Virus record (IMG/VR): IMGVR_UViG_3300008451_000421
Span: 4,562-68,561 of that record
Strand: one strand, 5' to 3'
Source of the DNA: a virus
DNA: 64,000 nucleotides
Shown piece by piece: positions 1 to 9,800 of the stretch. How positions within the stretch are numbered: the stretch's first letter is position 1; every line of letters starts with the position of its first letter. Under the pieces are notes generated by a model. That model had not been told where the DNA came from. It did not search any database and saw only the letters and a list, made by a program, of their open reading frames with translations. Both the position numbers and the translations under genes were made by a program.

Positions 1-24
1 TTTTACTTTCGACGTACAGAGAAA

Positions 25-648
25 TTGCAATCAGATATTGGTTTGATCGGAGAAATGGAGAGCGAAATGCAAATCGTCGAAGCGCTGATGGGTAAGACTG
101 AGCCTGAGTTAAATACAGGTTGTATGCTTTGGGTAGGCGCAATAAATGAAAAAAATTACGGGAGGGCAATAATATTAGGTAGAGCGTTTTTTGCTCACAG
201 AGTGTCTTGGGAGTTGCATAACGGCAAAATACCTGATGGACTTTGGGTTTTGCACAAATGCGACACTCCATCGTGTATTAATCCAAACCATTTGTTTTTA
301 GGGACGCATCAAGATAACGTCGATGATCTTTGGAAAAAAGTAGGATGCGACCCTGTAAGTAGAAGGGAACGAGACTATATCTTTGTAAAACCAAAGCGGT
401 CCTATTGTAGAAAAAATCCGCACAATAAACCTTCTGAATACATACACCCGGAAGGCGCTGAATTAAAGATCAGCAACCGCGGCAAAGTTAAAACCTACCA
501 TCGAAACGACGCCCTGACCGTGACGCAGGTGCGGGAGATACGCGCCTCCACCGCCCGCGGCGTAGACCTGGCGCGTCAATATGGCGTGGCAACGGGCACG
601 ATCAGCAAGATCCGCAACCGACGACTCTGGGTAAGCCTGCCTGACTAA
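25..648 (+). CDS. Free-standing HNH endonuclease with C-terminal HTH (AT-rich; start may be 55 or 67)
   Basis: AHRVSWELHNG...VLHKCDTPSCINPNHLFLGTHQDN HNH_3 motif; C-terminal LARQYGVATGTISKIR HTH; markedly low GC over about 1-480. Confidence 0.9.
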   Translation: MQSDIGLIGEMESEMQIVEALMGKTEPELNTGCMLWVGAINEKNYGRAIILGRAFFAHRVSWELHNGKIPDGLWVLHKCDTPSCINPNHLFLGTHQDNVDDLWKKVGCDPVSRRERDYIFVKPKRSYCRKNPHNKPSEYIHPEGAELKISNRGKVKTYHRNDALTVTQVREIRASTARGVDLARQYGVATGTISKIRNRRLWVSLPD

Positions 649-650
649 AT

Positions 651-703
651 AATTTCAACACCGAGTTGACAGATCACGCGGAATCCGGTCCTATCGACTC
701 AAC
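651..703 (+). promoter_or_regulatory. Operator/promoter: TCAAC-N5-GTTGA overlapping a TTGACA -35 element
   Basis: AATTTCAACACCGAGTTGACA at 651-671; GGTC at 687; TCAAC at 699. Confidence 0.8.
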
Positions 704-727
704 AGCACCAACGGAGAAATCGGACCC

Positions 728-1591
728 ATGTTCAAGCCCGGAACAGCTATCAAACTCAGGACCGACCGACCTGTCCCGTATGGCCTACAATTGGGCCAGA
801 TCTACGAGGTCGCTGAATACATGAACGGGTCGGTCCGGCTCGGCGAACTCTGTCGCATCTGGTATTCGGCTGACCAGTTTCGCGAGGTCACATACGCCGA
901 TGTCGCATCCAAGCGCATTGATGTCGCAACCAAGCGCATTCTCAACAAGCTGAAGCCCCCGCCCGAGCCAGAGCCCCAGTTCGACGTCGGCGACAAGGTC
1001 ACCCCGATCGCCCTGTATGTGGGCGAGGCGGCCACCCTGACGCCAGGAGTGGCCTACAAGGTCAACGCCTACAGCAACTTCGCCGAAGGTGGGAGACTGC
1101 AAATCCGACTGGAAGGCTGCTACGAGTTTTTCGACGCCCGCATGTTCCGCAAGTACAAGGCCCCGGCGATCGGCGGCGTCTACAGCGACCATCTTGATGC
1201 TTACGGCCTCGCCACCGGCACTGCCTGGGCAAAGCACATACCCTTTTTGCCCCCCGGCAACGAAATCCATCTCAACAAGGAATCCCCCATGTCGATCATC
1301 CCGCCCCTCGAAATCCCGACCGCCCCGCAGCCCGAGCCTCTGCGGCCCGAGTCGGCGTCGGTCCAGATGCTCCGCAAACTGGTCGAGGCCCGACGCACGG
1401 ACCTGCAGATCGCCATCGACAAGAAGGCCTGGCGGGAGAAGGAACTGGCCGTGGTCGAAGATCGGGCCAACCAGTTGCGCAGCAAGATCGACGACGACAA
1501 CGCCAAGATCTGCGCCGCCGATGCCGCCATCGCCGAGGCCCTGGCCGACATCGAGAAGCTGGGCGGCCGGCCGGAAGAGGTGGTGTCGTGA
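728..1591 (+). CDS. Hypothetical early protein with C-terminal coiled coil
   Basis: GGAGA RBS, phage codon bias, follows the promoter box. Confidence 0.7.
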   Translation: MFKPGTAIKLRTDRPVPYGLQLGQIYEVAEYMNGSVRLGELCRIWYSADQFREVTYADVASKRIDVATKRILNKLKPPPEPEPQFDVGDKVTPIALYVGEAATLTPGVAYKVNAYSNFAEGGRLQIRLEGCYEFFDARMFRKYKAPAIGGVYSDHLDAYGLATGTAWAKHIPFLPPGNEIHLNKESPMSIIPPLEIPTAPQPEPLRPESASVQMLRKLVEARRTDLQIAIDKKAWREKELAVVEDRANQLRSKIDDDNAKICAADAAIAEALADIEKLGGRPEEVVS

Positions 1592-1974
1592 CCCAAGGCC
1601 CGACCGAGAACCAACTCTACATCAACGTCACAGGCCCCAAGAGTTCGCAACGCATTTGGGCCGATCGTCTCATTGACCTTGTTCTGCACGAGCCGAGATC
1701 TGGCCTACCTTTGCCGGTGATCATCGAGAGCGGCCCGAGCGTCGAGGAGGACGTTATCTGGGACTTCCCGAGCGCCCCGCATGGCCCTGCACGCCGAACT
1801 CCGCCAGTCGCCATGCCGCCTGGTACCAAGGTCAGGTTTAGAAGCATAGTCGGTACCGTTGTTGAGACCCGAAACGACGGCGGCGTGAGACTCGTGGAAG
1901 TCAAGCTCGACACCCCTTCCGTACAAGGGGCCTACGGAATGGTCGTTGACGCCAACCAGCTTGAGTTTGTCTAG
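1588..1974 (+). CDS. Hypothetical protein
   Basis: GTGA stop/start overlap with the upstream gene. Confidence 0.6.
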   Translation: MTQGPTENQLYINVTGPKSSQRIWADRLIDLVLHEPRSGLPLPVIIESGPSVEEDVIWDFPSAPHGPARRTPPVAMPPGTKVRFRSIVGTVVETRNDGGVRLVEVKLDTPSVQGAYGMVVDANQLEFV

Positions 1975-1992
1975 CTCACCGAGGAAATCCAG

Positions 1993-2226
1993 ATGACCAA
2001 AGTCTTCGGACTCACCGACCACCAGCACGACCTGACTGCCGAGATCCTCACGTCCAAGGATACGCCCGTACCGTTCATCAGGCTCGGCGACGCGGTCACC
2101 GGGGGACAGGTGTTGATCTCGGCCAACATCTTCTCGCAACTCGTGGACGCCATCTATCACGTCCTGGAGGCGGTCGAGGAAATGGAGCCCGAGGACGACG
2201 ACAGCCCGCCAGCGCGGGTGAACTAG
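1993..2226 (+). CDS. Hypothetical acidic protein
   Basis: GAGGA RBS, codon bias. Confidence 0.65.
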   Translation: MTKVFGLTDHQHDLTAEILTSKDTPVPFIRLGDAVTGGQVLISANIFSQLVDAIYHVLEAVEEMEPEDDDSPPARVN

Positions 2227-2250
2227 ACCACCCCAACAAAATCAAAAGCC

Positions 2251-2313
2251 CCGTAGCCGCGCTTTCAACATTCTGGTAGATGTCAACCACAATGTTGAAA
2301 TTTGCGGCTACGG
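2251..2313. promoter_or_regulatory. Large inverted repeat containing tandem operator-like boxes, upstream of the head-spike operon
   Basis: CCGTAGCCGC..TTTCAACATT...AATGTTGAAA..GCGGCTACGG. Confidence 0.65.
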
Positions 2314-2325
2314 AGGCCCCCGACC

Positions 2326-2892
2326 ATGGCTTGGAAAGCGCGTATCGAGTGGGTCCTTGAAGGCGTCGCATCTGACGGCGTCTCGGCCATCATGGCTTCG
2401 GAGACGCTCAGCGGCAACGGCCCCACGGTGGTCCAAAGCAAGCCCGCCCCCGACTTCCGCAAGCTCGGCCGCGGCGTCGCCCGCATCACGGTGCTCTCAG
2501 GCGCAGTCCTCGTCTCGATCAACGACCCGACGCCCACCGAGAGCGACAGCCTCCGACTCGCCTCGGCACCCGGCGCTCCCCACCCCATCTCGGCCCTCAC
2601 CGACCAGATCCTCTACTTCGCCGAGGCCGCCGACCCTCGCGTCACGATGCCCGTCACCAGCTCGCCGGCTTCCGGCCTGGTCGACGTCACGCCTGGCGCG
2701 GCCGACCTGCCGGGCGGTGCCTGCCGTAGCCTGTTGGTCACGGTCGACGGGATGCTCGACATCACCTGCGCTGACGGCAGCACGCCCGCCGCCTTCCCGG
2801 TCGTCGCCGGCCAGATCATCCCGGTCAGCGTGATCAAGGTCGAGGCCGGCACCACGGCCACTGTGAAGGCGTTCTACGGGTTCGCTGGCTAA
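2326..2892 (+). CDS. Head spike base protein, RcGTA Rcc01079 (GhsA)-like, with an extra N-terminal domain
   Basis: C-terminal SPASGLVDVTPG..CRSLLVTVDGMLDITCADG..VVAGQIIPVSVIKVEAGTTAT resembles the spike-base family; GGAGG RBS. Confidence 0.7.
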   Translation: MAWKARIEWVLEGVASDGVSAIMASETLSGNGPTVVQSKPAPDFRKLGRGVARITVLSGAVLVSINDPTPTESDSLRLASAPGAPHPISALTDQILYFAEAADPRVTMPVTSSPASGLVDVTPGAADLPGGACRSLLVTVDGMLDITCADGSTPAAFPVVAGQIIPVSVIKVEAGTTATVKAFYGFAG

Positions 2893-5336
2893 TGACCGCG
2901 CTCGGTCTCAACATCGCCATGTCAGGTGGCGGCTCGGGCCTGCTCGCCCCCACGATCCCCGTCGCCTTGGACTTTCAGAACAAGAGGTTCTGGCTGGGCT
3001 CGGCCTCGACCAAAGTGCTGACCGAGGTCGCTGGGTTCAGTTACGCGCGGCCGGGCTACAACCTGATCCCGTATTCGACCGATCCGTCGAACGCTGGCTG
3101 GCTTGCCAGCAACGTCGTGAAGACGCCGGGCCTTACTGACCGCTTCGGCGGATCAACAGCCGTTCGCGTTACGGGTGATGGTAATAGCGCGCCCCACTTC
3201 CTTGCCGTCGGAAACAACCTAGTTCCTTTTGTGGCCGGGGTTACTTATAACCTCGCAATAGACTTCTACGCTGAAACTCAGTCTTTTGTGCAGATCACCG
3301 GGACCAGCGGTGTTTTTGGGACTGGCCAATACGCAAACTTCGATCTTTCCACGGGACTGGTAACTGCGTCTGCTGGCGTAGTCGGCACGCCAGTGCTGGA
3401 AGACTTGGGCGATGGGTGGTTCCGAGCCTCGATGGCCGTGACCGCAACCACAAGCGCCACCGGAACCGGCTTGGCTGTGGGGATTATTGCCAGCGGAACC
3501 GCCACGCGCCTGCTGCCAAACACCCTCACCACCAGCTTCCTCGTCGCCCGCCCCCAGGCCGAACCCGGCACCGTCGCCAACGTCTATCAACCGACCGGCG
3601 CGACCGCGCTCACCTTTGCGCCCATCGCTACGGCTGACGGCCTGATCGATGACGTGGCGACTAACCAAGTCACGATCTTCAACGCCAACCCGACGAACCT
3701 GACCGGCGTCGCTGTCGCGGTCGGGGCTGGCGTTCTGTCTCTTGTCTCTGATGCGGCGGAACTGGCTGCGGCTGACCTGTCGGACGAATGCACGCTCGGC
3801 AACGTTTTCAAGCTCGACAACAGCGCCAGCGGCGCAAACTCCGAAGTCACGATTGCGAAGGCCAGCGCCAACCTGAACAATCACGCCGCCGTCATCTGGG
3901 CGCGTGGGACGGGGCAATTCGCGTTCGGCCTGAACCAGGGCGGCACTCTCGGGATCGACCCGTGGCTTAACCCAACCTCCGGCTACTCGCGCATCGTGAA
4001 GCTCGGTCAACCGGCCACCTCGACCGTCACTCTGCGTGTTCGCGCTGCGCCGGGCGCTGTCGTCTACTTCATTCTTCCCGGCCTCTACGAGCGCCCGACC
4101 GCGCCCGCCGTTGACGTCGTGACGCTTGGCGCATCGGCCAGCGGCGTCGTCGGCCAAGTTCAGGGCGTCATCAGCTTCCCGGCCAACGAACCCCGCCTGA
4201 CCTCGCGCGGACTGCTGGTTGAAGAGGCCCGCACCGAGGCCACCCTGAACAACGTCTGGGACGGGTGGGAGATCGGCGAGAGCATCACGTCTGACGTCCA
4301 GGGCGGATCGGTAGCGAATGGGGCGCTGTTCGGATGGGCTTCTGGCCTTACGGTGACCCTCGTGGGCAAAGGTGTCGATAAGGGGCTCCCGTACCTCGAC
4401 CTCCGCGTTCAGGGCACACCCGCCACCTCGCCGCACTTTCGGGCCCAGTTCACGGTATCGGCAAACGCGCCAGCTGCCGTTGCTGGCGAAGCCTGGGTCG
4501 GCACTTGTGACCTTGCTTTGGTCAGTGGTTCGCTGACGAACGTGACCGGCACGGCGCTACGGATCGACGAGCTGAATTCTTCAAACGCCGTGCTGGCAAC
4601 TCGCGCCGGTGGCAGCATCGTTCCGACTTCCACCCTGACCCGGTTCTCTCATCAGTTTTCACTGTCTGACGCCGCCTGCGCGAAAGCGCGGAGCTATCTC
4701 GCCTTCTCGGGTTCTGGTGCAGCCGTTGACTATACGATCCGCATCGCCGCCCCGAACTGCCACAAGGGCACGGGTGTCACGAGCCGTATTCTGACAGGCC
4801 AGGTGCCGCTCACCCGCGCCGCCGACCCGTCATGGATCACGGGGCTGGGGGCGTACTTGTCCGCCCCCTTCACGCTGTCGGTTGAGGCCGATTTTACGCC
4901 GCTCAATGCCGTAAGTCAGCGTCTCGTTGGGGTGTCCGACGGCACCGCAAACACCGTTGCGCAGGTTGCCAAGTCGGCAGGTAATCAACTGGTCTCGCAA
5001 ACGGTAGTCGGTGGCACCATCACCACGCCAGCGGGCCCGACCGCCACGGCTGCTGGCGTTTACAAAGCGGCGATGCGTGTTCGTCCCGGAGACGTCAAGC
5101 ACGCCGTCAACGCGGCCTTGCAAACCGGACTGACCGCATCAGCGCCGACCGGCCTCCACACGCTCGACATTGGTCATCTGCGCAGTGGCTCGCACATCAA
5201 CGGCGCGATCCGCCGCATCCAGATCGCCAAGAACACGACCGACGCGCAGCTCAAGCGCTTCACGACGTCGGGCTACGCGATCCCTGAGCCGCCCGAAAAC
5301 TCCTCGCTCCTCCGTCTCCTCCTTTTGGGGTTCTAA
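2892..5336 (+). CDS. Head spike fiber protein (Rcc01080/GhsB-like N-terminus, carbohydrate-binding/LamG-like domains)
   Basis: N-terminal MTALGLNIA; PRLTSRGLLVEEART and LTRAAD motifs; C-terminal HINGAIRRI; directly follows the spike base gene. Confidence 0.7.
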   Translation: MTALGLNIAMSGGGSGLLAPTIPVALDFQNKRFWLGSASTKVLTEVAGFSYARPGYNLIPYSTDPSNAGWLASNVVKTPGLTDRFGGSTAVRVTGDGNSAPHFLAVGNNLVPFVAGVTYNLAIDFYAETQSFVQITGTSGVFGTGQYANFDLSTGLVTASAGVVGTPVLEDLGDGWFRASMAVTATTSATGTGLAVGIIASGTATRLLPNTLTTSFLVARPQAEPGTVANVYQPTGATALTFAPIATADGLIDDVATNQVTIFNANPTNLTGVAVAVGAGVLSLVSDAAELAAADLSDECTLGNVFKLDNSASGANSEVTIAKASANLNNHAAVIWARGTGQFAFGLNQGGTLGIDPWLNPTSGYSRIVKLGQPATSTVTLRVRAAPGAVVYFILPGLYERPTAPAVDVVTLGASASGVVGQVQGVISFPANEPRLTSRGLLVEEARTEATLNNVWDGWEIGESITSDVQGGSVANGALFGWASGLTVTLVGKGVDKGLPYLDLRVQGTPATSPHFRAQFTVSANAPAAVAGEAWVGTCDLALVSGSLTNVTGTALRIDELNSSNAVLATRAGGSIVPTSTLTRFSHQFSLSDAACAKARSYLAFSGSGAAVDYTIRIAAPNCHKGTGVTSRILTGQVPLTRAADPSWITGLGAYLSAPFTLSVEADFTPLNAVSQRLVGVSDGTANTVAQVAKSAGNQLVSQTVVGGTITTPAGPTATAAGVYKAAMRVRPGDVKHAVNAALQTGLTASAPTGLHTLDIGHLRSGSHINGAIRRIQIAKNTTDAQLKRFTTSGYAIPEPPENSSLLRLLLLGF

Positions 5337-5339
5337 ACC

Positions 5340-6092
5340 ATGGCCATCACCACGGGCGGGTTCACCGTCGAAACCAACGAGTCGGGCGGCGTCCACACCG
5401 TCGTCCATGCCGAAAGCGCAGCGCAGCGCACGGCCCTGCTGGCGGCGATCAACGCTCTCGGCAGCCAGACGACGCTCGCCGCCGTGCTGGCCAAGCTGTC
5501 CGCCGACCCGGCAACCCAGACGACTCTAGCCGCCGTGCTGGCCAAGCTGTCCGCTGACCCGGCAACCCAGACCACCCTGGCTGCCGTGCTGGCCAAGCTC
5601 TCGGCCGACCCGGCAACCCAGACCACGAGCGCCGCGATCCTCGCCAAGCTGTCCGCCGACCCGGCCACCCAGACGACCCTGGCCCTAGTCAAGACGGCGA
5701 TCGACCTGATCAACAGCAACCTGGGCGTCGTCACGGCCTCGCCTGCTGCCAACACCGTGCTGGGCCGCCTCAAGGACATCGACACCTCAGTCAAGGCCGG
5801 ACCGGTGCTGCCTGCGCCTTCGAGCCTGTTGGCTGCCGCCGTGGCGACCGGCGACTGGGTGGGCCCGTTCACGGGTGGCGAGTACATCTGGACCGCCCGG
5901 GGCGTCTGGAACAGCACGGTCGCCACGCTCGAGGTTCGACTCGACGACGGCAGCACGGCCATGTCGACGGGTGCCGTACTGTCGGCCAACGGTGGCAAGC
6001 TGATCAAGGTCGGCAACGGCAGCTACCTGCGCGTGGCCCTGGCCGGCGGCACGACGACGGGCATCACCTCAACCCTCTCGAAGGTGCAGTAA
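5340..6092 (+). CDS. Virion spike/adaptor protein with 17-aa tandem repeats
   Basis: About 4 copies of QTTLAAVLAKLSADPAT; C-terminal small beta domain. Confidence 0.6.
   Translation: MAITTGGFTVETNESGGVHTVVHAESAAQRTALLAAINALGSQTTLAAVLAKLSADPATQTTLAAVLAKLSADPATQTTLAAVLAKLSADPATQTTSAAILAKLSADPATQTTLALVKTAIDLINSNLGVVTASPAANTVLGRLKDIDTSVKAGPVLPAPSSLLAAAVATGDWVGPFTGGEYIWTARGVWNSTVATLEVRLDDGSTAMSTGAVLSANGGKLIKVGNGSYLRVALAGGTTTGITSTLSKVQ
5465..5685 (+). repeat. 51-bp coding tandem repeat, about 4.3 copies
   Basis: CCAGACGACGCTCGCCGCCGTGCTGGCCAAGCTGTCCGCCGACCCGGCAAC units start at 5465, 5516, 5567 and 5618. Confidence 0.9.
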
Positions 6093-6845
6093 ATGACCGC
6101 GCTCTACTCCCCCGACAACTTCGAGGATCTCGCGCAGACCCCCGTGGTCACGCTCGCCGACACCGACTACGCCCTGATCAGCGACACGTCCGACAGCGGT
6201 AAGATCAAGCGAGTCCTCAAGACCGACTTCGGCAGCGGCGGCAGCGCCTCCAAGCTGATCGAGCCCGTCATCCTGGCGGCCGGCGACCTGCTGCTGCCGA
6301 TGACCATGGGCAACGACAACCAGGCTGGCGAGACGGTCACCGCCAACATGCGCTACCTCTACCCGTTCAACTACGCGGCCCTGTGTGACGCCCTGGCGTT
6401 CCATACCGGCGCGACGGGTGTGGTGGGCAACGCGATGACGGCGATCTACCGGGGCGACGGCGAGTACGTGGCCGGCCGCGGTGGCTCGCTGCCCAAGACC
6501 CGCCTGCGACTGGGTACCGAGGTCTCGACCGCCGGCAACGACGCCCTGGTCATCTCCAACCTGCTCAGCGACCTCGACACGCGCGCCGAGACCGAGATCT
6601 ATTGGTGCGGGATCATCTTCAGCGCTGCCGCCTCAATCCGCCCCGGCCTGGCCGGTCGCGCGGGCTTGGCGTTCATGGGCGCGGGCCCGGCGATCAAGCA
6701 GAACAACACCTTCGTCGGGTTGCAGCAGTCGTTCACCTATGACGTGGGTACGCCCGCCAACAACTGGCCGGCCACCCTCGATCTCACGGGTGCCGTCCGC
6801 ATGACCGACTCGTCGCCGCCGATGCTCGCACTGAGGGCCGAATAA
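6093..6845 (+). CDS. Putative virion structural protein (spike operon)
   Basis: Coupled to neighbouring genes; beta-rich composition. Confidence 0.55.
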   Translation: MTALYSPDNFEDLAQTPVVTLADTDYALISDTSDSGKIKRVLKTDFGSGGSASKLIEPVILAAGDLLLPMTMGNDNQAGETVTANMRYLYPFNYAALCDALAFHTGATGVVGNAMTAIYRGDGEYVAGRGGSLPKTRLRLGTEVSTAGNDALVISNLLSDLDTRAETEIYWCGIIFSAAASIRPGLAGRAGLAFMGAGPAIKQNNTFVGLQQSFTYDVGTPANNWPATLDLTGAVRMTDSSPPMLALRAE

Positions 6846-6847
6846 CC

Positions 6848-9541
6848 ATGGGTGCCGTTGTCCGTTCGCTGCGCGGTGCGTTCCTGGCCGGGGCCTCGGT
6901 CCTGGCCATCACGCCCCCACCCGTCACCCCCTCGGGGACTCTGGGGCTCAACTACACCCCGACCTACGTGCCCACCTGGAGCCTGCCGGCCACACTGGCA
7001 GCGGGCAAGGCGGACGGGCGGATTCCCAGCGACGCGATCGACTACATGAGCGGCAACGGCGGCTCGCCATTCGCCAGCCTCAACGACTGGATCGCCGCCT
7101 GCACGGCTGCGGGGAAATCCGGGTCGATCGGGCAGGACAACAACCAGCTCGTGCTGGCACCGACCACCTTGGCTCGGACCTACATCGACTTCCCGATCTA
7201 CGGCTACGGCTCGTCGGCTCCAAAGATCACGTTCCCGAGCCCGTCCAACCGCAAGGACGGCAACTGCTGGCTGCTGGGCAACCGGTTTGACGTCAAGATC
7301 TACGGCATTGAGTTTGCCAACTTCGAGGCCGTGTTCGGCATGGCCGGCGAGAACCTCTACCTCTACCGCCCCGATCGTGTGACGTTCACCGCGAGCATCA
7401 GCGGCACGACCATGACGGTCACCTCGCGCGTTGGCACGTTTATCGCCGGCCAGACGATCCGCGGGCCCGGCATCGCGCCCGGCACGACGATCCTGGCGTT
7501 CGGCACCAACGGCACCACGGGGACCGGCAGCAACAACGGCACCTATGCCGTGTCGATCTCGCAGACGGTCGCCTCGACCTCGGGCCTGCTGGCCGGCGCG
7601 TTCTTCACGGGGGCCTACAACACCTCGGGCGACCCGGGCTGGGCCGAGTGCGACGCCAGCCGGGCGGCGGGATTCGTCATGCGTCGGTGCGCCAGCATCA
7701 GTGTCAGCGGCTCGCCCACGGTCAGCGGCATCCAGGTCGTCCGGCAGGCTGCCGGCGTGGACTACGCCTGGGCCGACAACAGCTACTACGACGAGACGAC
7801 CACGGGCAACGCGGCGTTCGCGGCCAGCCTCGACGGCACCGCGCCCGACCTGCTGCTGGGCACCGCCGTCACCTCGGCGACCAACACCTCCTTGGCTGCC
7901 GCGATCAACGCCAACACCGCGACCACGGGCTTCAGCGCCGTGGTTGATCCCAACACGGGCCGCTGCGTGATCCTGGTGCCGTCTGCGGGCGGTGTCGGTC
8001 GGCCGCTGGACCTGACCATCACCAAGACGGGCGGCACGCTCGACTACGACTGCCGGGGGGTCAGCGTCGACCTGAGCTATTGCAAGCTGACCGACTGCAA
8101 CAACGTCATCATCGGCGCGATGGACGTCACCGAGGCGGGCCGAGTCGACAACCACAAGAACGTCGCTCGCGGCACCTGGTCGATGGTCTACGTCACGACC
8201 ACTCGCTGGTCGGATCTGTGGGCCGCCAACAACGACGTCGGCGACTGCATGGCCACCAGGCCCAACGCGCCCGGCCGCCCGGCCGGCGACGGCTACACCA
8301 GCCAGATGCCGGCTGGATCCAGCCTCAGCGCCTGGAACACGCTCTGGATGATCGGCAACAACAACTGGGTCCACATGCGCTACCAGAAGGTGCGCGGGAC
8401 CGTCTGCATGATCGAGAACAACAAGGTCGAGAACGTCGAGAGCCTCAACGCCACCGACACCGTCAACGCCGCTGTGATGGCCGACGTCCGCCTGACCAAC
8501 GACTCGCGCACGATCGGCGCGCAGACCGGCGGCTGGGTGAGCTTCAGCAACAACGACGTGAAGCACCTGGTGGCGATCAACGGCGCGATCGACAGCAACG
8601 TGTTCTACCTCAAAGGGACGGACGCGGTTTACCGGGGCAACCGGGTTGTCGAGTTCGGTGCCAAGCGAGTCAGCGGGCCCCGCCCCAACGCCGGTAGCGG
8701 CAGCGAGGCGGCCTTCCTGGTCACCAAGGAAAACGGCAGCTACGTTCGCTCATCGTCCAGCAAGATCATCGTTGACCGCAACACCCTGGTCGACGGGCCC
8801 AACGGGCTGCCGTGGATCAAGTACGAGGGTAAGCCGTTCGGGTTCGAGGTCACGCAAAACCGGCTGCTGCGGTGGAAGAACCAGATGGACGACGCGGTCC
8901 TGGGCGACGCGATCGGCCGGGCAGACGTGCTTTGTTCGGGCGACGCCACCGCCAGTGGCACGACCCTGACCATCAACAGCATCGCCGCCGGCCAACTGCG
9001 GACGGGGATGCGGGTCGTGATCGGCTCCGACGTGCGCTACCTCAAGAGCGGCTCGGGCACCTCGTGGACGATGAACGCCAGCCTCACGGCCAGTGGGGCC
9101 TTCACGGCCGACCTGTCCAACACGGTCGACGGCGGTCTGATCCGGTTCTACGGGACCACGGGCCGGCCGAAGATCATCGGCAACCTGTTCGAGGACGTGG
9201 ACGACAACGGCCTGGGCAACGTGATCATCATGCACGGGATCATCACCACCGGGTTCACGGCGGCCGACTGGGAGATCAGCAACAACATCTTCCGCAAGAC
9301 CGGGTCCTCGGCGTTCCCGCAATGGTCGGCGGGCCTGCAGTTGATGACCGTCGCGATCGACACCGGCCAGTTCAGCAACCTGACCGCCAGTCTGATCGGT
9401 CGCAACGAGGTGCAGGACGCCTCGGGCACCAAGGTTGGCGACATGACCGTCCGCTACCTGAGTAAGTCGCTCAGCTACACGGACAACGGCAACACCACGG
9501 CCCAACCGTTCCTCAACGAGTGTCCGGCCCTGGCGGCGTGA
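6848..9541 (+). CDS. Large fiber/spike protein, probable beta-helix depolymerase or adhesin
   Basis: Asn/Gly/Thr-rich; repeated xxNxx beta-helix-like segments; FTASISGTTMTVT modules. Confidence 0.6.
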   Translation: MGAVVRSLRGAFLAGASVLAITPPPVTPSGTLGLNYTPTYVPTWSLPATLAAGKADGRIPSDAIDYMSGNGGSPFASLNDWIAACTAAGKSGSIGQDNNQLVLAPTTLARTYIDFPIYGYGSSAPKITFPSPSNRKDGNCWLLGNRFDVKIYGIEFANFEAVFGMAGENLYLYRPDRVTFTASISGTTMTVTSRVGTFIAGQTIRGPGIAPGTTILAFGTNGTTGTGSNNGTYAVSISQTVASTSGLLAGAFFTGAYNTSGDPGWAECDASRAAGFVMRRCASISVSGSPTVSGIQVVRQAAGVDYAWADNSYYDETTTGNAAFAASLDGTAPDLLLGTAVTSATNTSLAAAINANTATTGFSAVVDPNTGRCVILVPSAGGVGRPLDLTITKTGGTLDYDCRGVSVDLSYCKLTDCNNVIIGAMDVTEAGRVDNHKNVARGTWSMVYVTTTRWSDLWAANNDVGDCMATRPNAPGRPAGDGYTSQMPAGSSLSAWNTLWMIGNNNWVHMRYQKVRGTVCMIENNKVENVESLNATDTVNAAVMADVRLTNDSRTIGAQTGGWVSFSNNDVKHLVAINGAIDSNVFYLKGTDAVYRGNRVVEFGAKRVSGPRPNAGSGSEAAFLVTKENGSYVRSSSSKIIVDRNTLVDGPNGLPWIKYEGKPFGFEVTQNRLLRWKNQMDDAVLGDAIGRADVLCSGDATASGTTLTINSIAAGQLRTGMRVVIGSDVRYLKSGSGTSWTMNASLTASGAFTADLSNTVDGGLIRFYGTTGRPKIIGNLFEDVDDNGLGNVIIMHGIITTGFTAADWEISNNIFRKTGSSAFPQWSAGLQLMTVAIDTGQFSNLTASLIGRNEVQDASGTKVGDMTVRYLSKSLSYTDNGNTTAQPFLNECPALAA

Positions 9542-9544
9542 TTT

Positions 9545-9590
9545 AATTTCAACACCGTGTTGACACGTCTCACGAACGATGGTCCTCTCT
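9545..9590 (+). promoter_or_regulatory. Operator/promoter box
   Basis: AATTTCAACACCGTGTTGACA; perfect TCAAC-N5-GTTGA at 9549-9563; GGTC 15 nt after TTGACA. Confidence 0.8.
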
Positions 9591-9623
9591 GATTGTCAAA
9601 CAACGCCAGTCAGAGAGGCACCC

Positions 9624-9800
9624 GTGAAGCAACCCGACATGAGCCACCCGCAATCAGGGGAGCCGCACTTCCGGCGAGCCTGGTTCGCGGTGCCGCCCTA
9701 CGCCACGCTTGAAGAGTTCGTTGAGCACGCCGACCACCTGGTGGTCACCTACCGGGTCGACGGCGCTGCCAAGCCCATCAGCTACAAGGTGCCGCTATGA
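9624..9800 (+). CDS. Small hypothetical early protein
   Basis: GAGAGG RBS downstream of the promoter. Confidence 0.5.
   Translation: MKQPDMSHPQSGEPHFRRAWFAVPPYATLEEFVEHADHLVVTYRVDGAAKPISYKVPL

Noticed and set aside
5465-5685. CRISPR-like array
   Set aside because: Units are contiguous in-frame coding repeats with no unique spacers, and no cas genes are present.
9541-9565. Canonical CtrA box TTAA-N7-TTAA at phage promoters
   Set aside because: Only single TTAA half-sites were seen near the boxes; the recurring motif is TCAA-N7-TTGA, so direct CtrA control is unproven.
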